A program made the translations under genes and the position numbers. DNA of 41,575 nucleotides from Candidatus Poseidoniaceae archaeon (GTDB taxonomy: Archaea > Thermoplasmatota > Poseidoniia > Poseidoniales > Poseidoniaceae), in assembly GCA_022424925.1 (NCBI GenBank), contig JAKMGM010000160.1, forward strand, positions 1 to 41,575, in the 5' to 3' direction. Shown piece after piece: positions 31,935 through 39,786 of the stretch. The notes beneath the pieces are model-generated. The model was not told the DNA's origin, ran no database searches, and saw only the letters and a list, made by a program, of their open reading frames with translations. Positions within the stretch are counted from its first letter, which is position 1, and each line of letters opens with the position of its first letter.

Positions 31935-33356
31935 ATGTTCACAAACACACGCTTCGATTCATGGGACCTGCCACAGCATTTGCTCGATAGCCTTGCATCC
32001 ATTGAATGGGAATGCGCCACGCAAGTCCAAAAAGACACCATTCCGCTCGCTCGCTCAGGCCGTGATGTCATTGGCCAAGCACGAACCGGTTCAGGAAAAA
32101 CAGCCGCTTTCGGACTCCCTCTACTCGAGAAATGTCAACCGACAGGTCACTTGCAAGCGCTCGTATTGGCGCCTACGCGTGAACTGGCGAACCAGGTGGC
32201 TCAAGAATTTGAAACACTGCAAGGTCAATCCGGACTTTCGATTCAAACGGTTTACGGTGGTACTGACTTGGAAAAGCAAGCCAAACACCTTGCCGGTGGC
32301 GTCGACATCATTGTCGGAACGCCAGGGCGAGTCATGGACATGACTGAGCGAGGACATATTCAACTTGAAGCGGTGACCATGTTTTGTCTTGATGAAGCAG
32401 ACCGCATGCTGGACATGGGCTTTTTCCCAGACATCATGTGGGTCGTTGAGCGAATGAAAAACCGAGAACAGACCCTTCTGTTCTCAGCGACATTTCCGCA
32501 AGAAATAATCGATGCAGCTCATGAGTTCATGAATGAACCAGAGTTCGTGCTCACCAACACTGAGGAACTGGATATCCCACCCATCGACATGTACAGTGTC
32601 AAAATTGGCCGAGCCAACAAATTGTGGGCTCTTGGTCGACTTATGTCCCGGATGAACGATGAAGACCAAACCATCATTTTTTGCAACACCAAGCGAATGG
32701 TTGATTTGGCGGTACAGCGACTGAATAAACACCGGTTCGTTGTCGAGGGATTGCACGGTGATTTGAGTCAAAACCAGCGCGAGAAGATTCTTGGAAGGTT
32801 CAAAGACGGCGAAGTGAAGACGATTGTCGCTACAGATGTGGCTGCTCGTGGTATCGATGTTGACGGTATTACACTGGTCATCAATTACGATCTTCCCATC
32901 GATACGGATTCGTTCGTTCACCGCGTCGGGCGAACCGGTCGTATTGGCCGAAAAGGAGAGGCATGGAGTCTTGTTTCTCGAGATGATGCACCTCAACTTT
33001 CCAAAATCATGGCCACCTACGGTCTGGACATCATTGTATCAGAAGTTCCAGAACTGCCAGAGGGCGTCGACCGAGACCCTGTCAAGCGTCAAGATGACTT
33101 CGGCGAAACCGCTGATGTCTTTGGATTCGTCACCCTTGAGCTCAATATCTCCGCTCAACAAGCCGGCTCATCTCGTTCAGTGGCCAACTGGTTCCAACGC
33201 TCTTTGCGGTGCGATGAGATGGCTATTGGTGATGTCCATTTTGACGGTGACTCGACATTCATCAGTATTCACACCAGCAAAGTAGGATTGGCGCTTAAAG
33301 CCCTCGAAAAGCACGAAATGGCTGGTCAGAACGTCGTCGGTGTCGTAGCAGAGTGA
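31935..33356 (+). CDS. DEAD-box ATP-dependent RNA helicase with DbpA-type C-terminal RNA-binding domain
   Basis: Q motif (..ATQVQ), ARTGSGKTAAF (I), PTRELA (Ia), TPGR, DEAD (II), SAT (III), ARGIDV (V) and HRVGRTGR (VI). The C-terminal ~75 aa (VTLELNISAQQAGSSRSVANW...IGDVHFDGDSTFISI...) resemble the DbpA/YxiN RRM-like domain. Confidence 0.93.
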   Translation: MFTNTRFDSWDLPQHLLDSLASIEWECATQVQKDTIPLARSGRDVIGQARTGSGKTAAFGLPLLEKCQPTGHLQALVLAPTRELANQVAQEFETLQGQSGLSIQTVYGGTDLEKQAKHLAGGVDIIVGTPGRVMDMTERGHIQLEAVTMFCLDEADRMLDMGFFPDIMWVVERMKNREQTLLFSATFPQEIIDAAHEFMNEPEFVLTNTEELDIPPIDMYSVKIGRANKLWALGRLMSRMNDEDQTIIFCNTKRMVDLAVQRLNKHRFVVEGLHGDLSQNQREKILGRFKDGEVKTIVATDVAARGIDVDGITLVINYDLPIDTDSFVHRVGRTGRIGRKGEAWSLVSRDDAPQLSKIMATYGLDIIVSEVPELPEGVDRDPVKRQDDFGETADVFGFVTLELNISAQQAGSSRSVANWFQRSLRCDEMAIGDVHFDGDSTFISIHTSKVGLALKALEKHEMAGQNVVGVVAE

Positions 33357-34433
33357 TTACTCTTCTTCGATGCGCTTTTCCTTTTTCCACGATCCAGATT
33401 TCTTTCCTGCATGACGGGATGTTGGTTCGGTTTTTGCTCCCTCTTTTGTCGCTTCAACAGGTTTGGCTTTGACTGGCCAGTTGCCGTTCTCGTCTGGACG
33501 TTGGATGACAAACGATGTAGCTCCAAGAGTCACAATACTGAGGGCAGTGAGCGACCAAGCATAGCCAATCGCATCATCCCACCGGTTTTGAGCCTGCCCA
33601 CATTCAGCAGTCACCAGTTCGGAGAAGTAGCAAAAGTCGAGGGTTTCTTTGGCCGACATTGCCTCTTCGTTTGAAGTGACATTGTGTACGGCAAAAATCA
33701 CCAGTAGCACTGCGCCAGCAATCAAGAGGAATTGCTTTTGTCCCCATGATTTTCGGAAGGTGATTCTCCATTTTTCATCGCCAGCATTGCTCGCGTCAAG
33801 CGTTCGGGCAGGACCCCCAACTCTCCAAAACCACACAACCCACATCGATACCAATACCAGCAAGAACCCCCATTCATAGACGGCTGTGTGAAAGTTCCAC
33901 ATACCAGCGAGACATTCAGCCTGGTTCGGATTCGCCACGCAGTCGTTTCGAGCAATCGGGTAAAACATCACCAACCGAACGATATTGAGTACGTAGATGA
34001 TGCTGCACATCACGACGATGGAACGAACCTTGAGTCGTTGCGGTACACCTTCAGTCATCGCAACCAACGTTGAAAGGAAAATCATTTCATGAACACCCGC
34101 GCATTCATCAGAGACATAGAGGCCGACTGTATCGTAGTTGCCTGGGAATTTTGGATGGTAAAAATCAATGCGTGTAAGCCAACCATTGTGCGTAGAGAGG
34201 GTTGAAGCAACATATTCACCATCACTGTACAACAGATTGGTAATTTCATTCCACAACCATGCCTCAGTGACTTGAATTGGCGCCAGCGTATCTGACGGCT
34301 GCGTTAGGAACCAGTAAAAGGCTTCAACCAAGAGCAATGCAAGCGGTATTCGAGCATAACGAAGTCCGAGTTGTCCGACTTCAGACCACTCCAAATCATC
34401 TTTGGATGAAGATGACTTGGCATTCGTGCTCAT
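33357..34433 (-). CDS. Exosortase/archaeosortase-family membrane transpeptidase with extra C-terminal TM segments and Lys-rich tail
   Basis: Polytopic membrane protein with Cys in LYVSDECAGVHEMIFL, Arg in YVLNIVRLVMF and His in NFHTAVYEWGF. The order and spacing match the family's conserved Cys/Arg/His. The start is placed at MSTNAK (34433). The upstream 109 codons of the listed ORF overlap the divergent tusA-like gene and look non-coding. Confidence 0.72.
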   Translation of the reverse strand: MSTNAKSSSSKDDLEWSEVGQLGLRYARIPLALLLVEAFYWFLTQPSDTLAPIQVTEAWLWNEITNLLYSDGEYVASTLSTHNGWLTRIDFYHPKFPGNYDTVGLYVSDECAGVHEMIFLSTLVAMTEGVPQRLKVRSIVVMCSIIYVLNIVRLVMFYPIARNDCVANPNQAECLAGMWNFHTAVYEWGFLLVLVSMWVVWFWRVGGPARTLDASNAGDEKWRITFRKSWGQKQFLLIAGAVLLVIFAVHNVTSNEEAMSAKETLDFCYFSELVTAECGQAQNRWDDAIGYAWSLTALSIVTLGATSFVIQRPDENGNWPVKAKPVEATKEGAKTEPTSRHAGKKSGSWKKEKRIEEE

Positions 34434-34551
34434 GCATTTGCGTAGGTGTCCTTCCTCATCAAGGTGCGGTTTGATGTGACATGTCTGCTTTGGAAAAATG
34501 ACAGACTGCAAACTTCGGAGGACTTGAAAAGGATGAAGTGCAGCAACCCAC

Positions 34552-34818
34552 ATGTTGGAGGTTGTAGCGCTGGGTGAAGGCTCAACAGCAGTGCCGACAC
34601 ATCGCTTAAACGTGGTAGGTTTCTTTTGCCCTGTTCCCGTAGCAGAAGCCAAAAAAGCACTTTCAAGCATGGATTCAGGACAAATCTTGGAAGTTTTGGC
34701 AGACGACCCCGAATCGCTCCATGACATGCCCCTTCTTTCCCAGCGCGGCCGGAACACCATCCTTTCAGTCGAACAACACGCCGGTGAATTCCGGTTTTTG
34801 ATTGAGGTGAACGAATGA
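34552..34818 (+). CDS. TusA/SirA-family sulfur-carrier protein
   Basis: About 80 aa with the active-site context NVVGFFCPVPVAEAKKAL and ..GQILEVLADDPES..D.P, the typical TusA fold signature. Confidence 0.75.
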   Translation: MLEVVALGEGSTAVPTHRLNVVGFFCPVPVAEAKKALSSMDSGQILEVLADDPESLHDMPLLSQRGRNTILSVEQHAGEFRFLIEVNE

Positions 34819-35450
34819 CGGATGAGAATGTTTCAGTTGAACTGGTCGAGAAAAGCGATATTCCCAGCGAAGCCCTGCTTCCTACTGTTCACGGTGATTT
34901 CAACATACGCGTGTTCCATGAGGCATCAACGGGTTACGACCATGTGGCGCTCACCATGGGCGACATGACAGGCCCCGACCCCGTACTCATTCGGGTTCAT
35001 TCAGAATGCCTTACTGGTGACGTACTCGGCAGTTTACGATGCGATTGCGGGCCTCAACTTGAGGCGGCATTGAAGACGATTGTCGAACGAGGATGGGGCT
35101 GCCTTCTCTATTTGCGCCAGGAAGGTCGAGGAATTGGCCTTCATGCCAAAATCCAAGCCTACCACCTTCAAGACAAAGGTGCGGATACCTTGGACGCGAA
35201 TCTCATGCTCGGATTGCCTGCTGATGGCCGAGACTACAGCATTGCTGCAAGTATGCTTTCTTCGCTCAATGTATCACGCGTCGCACTTCTTTCCAACAAC
35301 CCAAACAAACGTGAGCAACTTGAGATGTATGGTATCGAGGTTGCAGAATTGATTCCACTCGTTGTCGGTGTTGGCGAACAAAACCGTTTCTACCTTGAGA
35401 CCAAGGTTGAACGCATGGGTCATCACATCGACGCAGACAAACTGGACTGA
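34815..35450 (+). CDS. ribA: GTP cyclohydrolase II
   Basis: Motifs VRVHSECLTGDVLGSLRCDCGPQLEAAL (Zn Cys triad), LYLRQEGRGIGL and AYHLQDKGADTLDAN. ATGA overlap with the upstream tusA-like gene. Confidence 0.9.
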   Translation: MTDENVSVELVEKSDIPSEALLPTVHGDFNIRVFHEASTGYDHVALTMGDMTGPDPVLIRVHSECLTGDVLGSLRCDCGPQLEAALKTIVERGWGCLLYLRQEGRGIGLHAKIQAYHLQDKGADTLDANLMLGLPADGRDYSIAASMLSSLNVSRVALLSNNPNKREQLEMYGIEVAELIPLVVGVGEQNRFYLETKVERMGHHIDADKLD

Positions 35451-35458
35451 ATCAAAGG

Positions 35459-35531
35459 GGCCGTGACCGAGAATCGAACTCGGGCTGGCAGAACCACAAT
35501 CTGCCGTGCTAACCCCTACACCATCACAGCC
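35459..35531 (-). tRNA. tRNA-His (anticodon GUG) with genome-encoded G-1
   Basis: Cloverleaf of the reverse complement: G(-1)+GCTGTGA/TCACGGC+C73, D arm GTGT..GCAC, anticodon arm GCAGA-TTGTGGT-TCTGC (GTG), T arm CCGAG-TTCGATT-CTCGG. The extra 5' G paired with C73 is the His identity element. Confidence 0.92.
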
Positions 35532-35657
35532 ATGAGAGGTAACTTGCCGTTATGCGCTTGGTATTTCAATAATCCGTAGAGCGTCGCATGTCGCATGCCA
35601 TCACTTTAGGAACATTTCACCCTTGTATTCAAGAGCATTCGGCGGTTAAGGTGTTCC

Positions 35658-38051
35658 ATGCGGGCACACTCCACGGGGTCCATGACGGCCATTTTCCTTC
35701 TCTTGCTGTTGCTTCTTGCACCGATTGGTTCGGTATCCGGGCGTTCGGTCCACGAAGCGAGTACGGTCGATTTGTTACCGCAAGGTACGTTTGCGCAAGC
35801 TACTGACTGGTCCCTTGGCTCGTTCACTTCGTTTTCGGAAGATTCTGCAACCTACACCGACGCTATGGTTGCCGACCAGCGAATGACCATGGTTCATCAT
35901 CGCCCACTCAACGCCGATCGGATGACGTTTTGGGCCCAATCTTCGCCGACGGAATCCAACTATTCCATCGGGGCGCCAGACGGTGCCATTTCTTGGTCGG
36001 CAGGACCAGTCATCGAACTCTCTTCGTTCAATGCGTTTGGCTCGACACAGTATGAGATACTGGACGTTGATGTCGTCGTTGCTTTTTCCGTACCTGATGC
36101 ACTGTACCAAGACTCCGTTCGTTTCTCGCTCAATTACGACGGCCAATTTGAATCCTTGGTGACCTTCTCGCACACGCAGGGTTCACTCGACTACCTTACC
36201 AACACGTGGTCCAGCGATGTAACAGGCCTGACCGATTGGACTTGGGATATGCTGCAAACTGCCATTGTCACACTGGATTATGTGTCCGTCGGTTCGACCG
36301 ATGACTCGCGTCTAAATGTCGATGCAGTCGGCATGAGCGTGACGATGAAAACGCCATGGTACGGTGGTGAATACGGCTCGGCCAAAACAATGTTTTCCGG
36401 CCATTCAATGCCAGTCATCGGCCTTGACCTTGAACAGGGAACATTCGACAACATGGCCGCCTCAAGTTGTGGATTGCAACCTAGTGTGAGCAGCACCAGT
36501 GGAATGTGGACCAGTGAAGTGATTGAAACACCGGCTCTTCAGCGAATTGGCCGCGCGCACTATACTTTGGAAAACGAATCACTGGACGATGTCGTTCTCG
36601 AATACGCATCTTCCGACGACGGTGAATCGTTCACACCGTTCGCAGTGATGAGCGAACATATGTTGTTGCCTGACCACGCCTATACGCAACTTCGAGTCAC
36701 AACCATCGAGGCATGTATCTCTTCCATAACCATCGATGTGAACGACCCGAACCTCGCCCTTCAAGGCCGAATTTTTGGTGATGTCGACGGTCTTGACCCA
36801 GTGTATTCACGTTGGTTGCTGTTCGTTAACGACCAACTGGTGACCAACGAACCGGTTGCCCTGAACCCCTCACTTGTTCACACCTTCCCAATCGGTCAAT
36901 TCATGTCCCCCGGGGACACCACACTCGAGGTTGAAGTGAAGTCATGGTTCACATGGGATTCAAACGGCAATGAAAGCACGACAGCCCTTGAAATAACGAG
37001 CATGAGCGTTTCGGGTGGGTATGCGATTGAGTGGGACGAAGACCCCGAATGCATTGCTGTTGGCGACCAATCACTAACCGAAGACGGTGGCGGGCGTATT
37101 CTTCCGTTTTTGTACCGATGCACTGATGACCGCACCGTGAGCGAAAATCTTGGCGTTATGTTCACCAACTCCAATCCTGCGTTAGTGACCGTCGACTTGA
37201 CACAAGGTGACATTCGTATCTCCCTCCAACCTGAGGCATCAGGTCAAGCAACCATCGTCACAACGGTGGTCGATTCTGCTGGAAATACGTGGTCTGAAAC
37301 CTTTATTGTGAACGTAGCCAACGTAGATGATACGCCTGTCCTTGAAGAATTCCAATCGCTTATTCCGGTCGAGTTAGCGGTGCCTGCCGAGATTTCATTT
37401 GACTATTCTGATATCGATTCTTCCGGCTTGACCGCCTCAACAAACCGCTCGTGGGCGACCGTTGATGTGTTCAACAAAACCATCACAGTTGTTCCACCTT
37501 CGCCTGGCTTCACCTCCGTCCTCATCTCACTGTGCGACCAATCTTCATGCCACGACCGCATTATGGATTTGGAGGTTCTTTCTTTGCCTGACCTTGTCAT
37601 CGAAGAGATTGATGTCGGTTCTGAACCCGTCCAGGCTGGCGATATTTTGTCGATACGGGTGTTTGTGCGCAACATAGGGCAAGCGGAAGCAACGATGGTT
37701 TCTGTCCGATGTGAAGCAGGCACACAACTGATCGACTACGATTCAATCCCCGTTCTTCAACCCGGCTCTGTTGCCTATCTGACCTTTGACTGGCAAGTCC
37801 CTGATGACATCACGCAGCAGCAACTTCGTGCTGTCATTGACCGTGGTTCTGAAATCACTGAGGGTGATGAGAGCAATAACGATGCCCAAATCGCCATTTC
37901 CATTGAGCCTGCTCCTTCGGGGGAAGCACAAGCGTCAGATTCTGAGGTCGTATCCGATGGAATGTTTTGGGGGCTCACTGTTTTGGCTTTGCTGGTGATT
38001 GGTGGAGCCTTCGTGTTTTTGACGCCTCCAAAGATCAAGAAACTCGAGTGA
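35658..38051 (+). CDS. Large exported surface protein (797 aa): signal peptide, beta-sandwich modules, cadherin-like module, CARDB, C-terminal TM anchor
   Basis: Signal peptide MTAIFLLLLLLLAPIGSVSG. NVANVDDTPV is a cadherin/VCBS-like boundary. CARDB reads PDLVIEEIDVGSEPVQAGDILSIRVFVRNIGQAEA...EGDESNNDAQI. The TM is GLTVLALLVIGGAFVFL, with the short tail TPPKIKKLE. Confidence 0.85.
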   Translation: MRAHSTGSMTAIFLLLLLLLAPIGSVSGRSVHEASTVDLLPQGTFAQATDWSLGSFTSFSEDSATYTDAMVADQRMTMVHHRPLNADRMTFWAQSSPTESNYSIGAPDGAISWSAGPVIELSSFNAFGSTQYEILDVDVVVAFSVPDALYQDSVRFSLNYDGQFESLVTFSHTQGSLDYLTNTWSSDVTGLTDWTWDMLQTAIVTLDYVSVGSTDDSRLNVDAVGMSVTMKTPWYGGEYGSAKTMFSGHSMPVIGLDLEQGTFDNMAASSCGLQPSVSSTSGMWTSEVIETPALQRIGRAHYTLENESLDDVVLEYASSDDGESFTPFAVMSEHMLLPDHAYTQLRVTTIEACISSITIDVNDPNLALQGRIFGDVDGLDPVYSRWLLFVNDQLVTNEPVALNPSLVHTFPIGQFMSPGDTTLEVEVKSWFTWDSNGNESTTALEITSMSVSGGYAIEWDEDPECIAVGDQSLTEDGGGRILPFLYRCTDDRTVSENLGVMFTNSNPALVTVDLTQGDIRISLQPEASGQATIVTTVVDSAGNTWSETFIVNVANVDDTPVLEEFQSLIPVELAVPAEISFDYSDIDSSGLTASTNRSWATVDVFNKTITVVPPSPGFTSVLISLCDQSSCHDRIMDLEVLSLPDLVIEEIDVGSEPVQAGDILSIRVFVRNIGQAEATMVSVRCEAGTQLIDYDSIPVLQPGSVAYLTFDWQVPDDITQQQLRAVIDRGSEITEGDESNNDAQIAISIEPAPSGEAQASDSEVVSDGMFWGLTVLALLVIGGAFVFLTPPKIKKLE

Positions 38052-38281
38052 TTCCCCCCGTCCATTCGTGGTTGGAATGCAACATCTGTTGTCGGATAAT
38101 GCAAAAAACACCCTCAAACTTCATAGGCAGACCGTCTCACAAAAGACTGCTTTGAGGCCGTGGGGGCCGTTCAACACCCGTTGACAAAGTGGATGTGGGA
38201 ATCATATGTCTGTATTGAAAATACGAATTGAAACTGAAGAATATATTTACGAAGAATACGTTGAAGCTTGAATCGTTTGAT

Positions 38282-39250
38282 TCACTCTGGAGACTTCCAG
38301 CGTCGAGGGTACAATCCTTCGTCGAGTAAGACCATACTTGGTCGAGCAACTTCGCCTTCGTCAATGTTGACAAGTTCATCTGAGCCGAGCGTAAGCGTTA
38401 CGATGCCTACAGCCTCGCCTTTGAGGGTTTGAATCATGACTTCTTTTCCGGGTTTCACACCGCTTTGAATGTCAACCAGTCCGGGACGAAGTAACGGCGC
38501 ACCGTGGGCAAGAGCAGCAGCAGCACTGTCTTTGACTGTAGCAGTCGGTAAGTCCAACAGGATTTTTTCGATTGGGTGAATCACACGGAGCAAAGCCTCA
38601 GGTTGCTTGCATTCTTTCCAAAGCCATACAGCATCAGCAAGTTCCTGCATGGTTATGCAGTGGTCAAGCGTGAACACTCCCGAGGTTTCACGACGCAACT
38701 CTTTCAGTTGCACCTTCATGTCAAGAAGCAGACCAAGGTCTCGTGCCATGGTTCGAATGTACGTACCCGCTTCACAGTAAACACGAGCGATGAGGTCTTT
38801 ACCATTCATTTCGATTTGCTCAAAGGTGTGTATCTTACGAGTTCGAACTTGGACTTTAACAGCAGATACTTCCGGAGGCACGTTGTAAACCCGTCCGGTT
38901 AAGCGCTTCATGGCTGTTTGCAATGCTACCTCGTCCGGAACTTGATCGAACCGAAAAATGCAGATGTATGTTTTCTTGTGCGTCAATATTTTTTTGGTGA
39001 CCTTCATCGCTTTTCCAGCCATTAACGGCAAGACACCCGTAGCAAACGGGTCAAGCGTTCCACCATGGCCAAGACGTTCAAGTCCGAACAAATCTCGAGC
39101 CCACGATGCAAGTTGGTGTGACGTAGGTCCTGCTGGTTTGTCCAAGAGTATGAAACCGGAAGCGAGTCGCTCCTCGACGGTGCGTGCGTCTGGTGTTCCG
39201 CCAATGGATGGGTTCGTGATTGCTTCTGCATCGAGAATGTGTTGAGTCAT
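38282..39250 (-). CDS. cbf5: H/ACA RNP pseudouridine synthase Cbf5 (archaeal TruB family) with PUA domain
   Basis: Motifs ILLDKPAGPTSHQ and catalytic HGGTLDPFATGVLPL, plus a C-terminal PUA-like region (...LRPGLVDI...GKEVMIQTLKGEAVGI). ATGA overlap with upstream cmk. Confidence 0.9.
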   Translation of the reverse strand: MTQHILDAEAITNPSIGGTPDARTVEERLASGFILLDKPAGPTSHQLASWARDLFGLERLGHGGTLDPFATGVLPLMAGKAMKVTKKILTHKKTYICIFRFDQVPDEVALQTAMKRLTGRVYNVPPEVSAVKVQVRTRKIHTFEQIEMNGKDLIARVYCEAGTYIRTMARDLGLLLDMKVQLKELRRETSGVFTLDHCITMQELADAVWLWKECKQPEALLRVIHPIEKILLDLPTATVKDSAAAALAHGAPLLRPGLVDIQSGVKPGKEVMIQTLKGEAVGIVTLTLGSDELVNIDEGEVARPSMVLLDEGLYPRRWKSPE

Positions 39251-39783
39251 GCGTTCTCCTCCAAAATTGAGATGACAGCGGCAAGGACTTCCTGGCTGCC
39301 GAGGTTTGTTGCGTCAAGTACTGTGGTATAGGGTTCACGCTGCTCGGGTAAGATGCTGTAGAGTTCCATGAACCGTTCAGCATCGACCGCAGAGCGCTGT
39401 TCATTCGCTTTGAGTGCCTCTTCCAACGAGCCACCTTCGCGGCCGACGACGCGGTTGGCTCGCTCTTCTGCATCGACATCAAGCCACAGCCGAACACATT
39501 GAATCTCCAGCCGGTAGGCCCACCAACCGGCGAGTCTTGACTCGACGATGTCCGATGTTTCTTCCTGCATCTGCCGTTGAAGAAGTTGGTCTAAATCCCT
39601 GTCGACATCCAAATCAGACTTGCACAGTTCCCCAAAAGCGCTCAAGGTCATGCCTCGACGTGCTGCTTCTTGACGAAAGACATCACCGCCGTTCAATGAT
39701 GTCCATCCGTAGTGCGCCATTAGTCCTTTGACGAGGGTACTGGTTCCGCTTCCAGGATGGCCTGAAACCGTTATTCGGACCAT
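39247..39783 (-). CDS. cmk: Cytidylate (CMP) kinase, archaeal type
   Basis: 178 aa with P-loop ITVSGHPGSGTSTL and the archaeal short-form CMP kinase length. It sits in the conserved DUF106-cmk-cbf5 gene order. Confidence 0.85.
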   Translation of the reverse strand: MVRITVSGHPGSGTSTLVKGLMAHYGWTSLNGGDVFRQEAARRGMTLSAFGELCKSDLDVDRDLDQLLQRQMQEETSDIVESRLAGWWAYRLEIQCVRLWLDVDAEERANRVVGREGGSLEEALKANEQRSAVDAERFMELYSILPEQREPYTTVLDATNLGSQEVLAAVISILEENA

Positions 39784-39786
39784 GCC

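Noticed and set aside
34434-34760. 109-codon N-terminal extension of the archaeosortase-family ORF
   Set aside because: It overlaps the divergent tusA-like gene and is Ser/Pro/Cys/Lys-rich with no TM. The membrane domain is preceded by a plausible Met at 34433.
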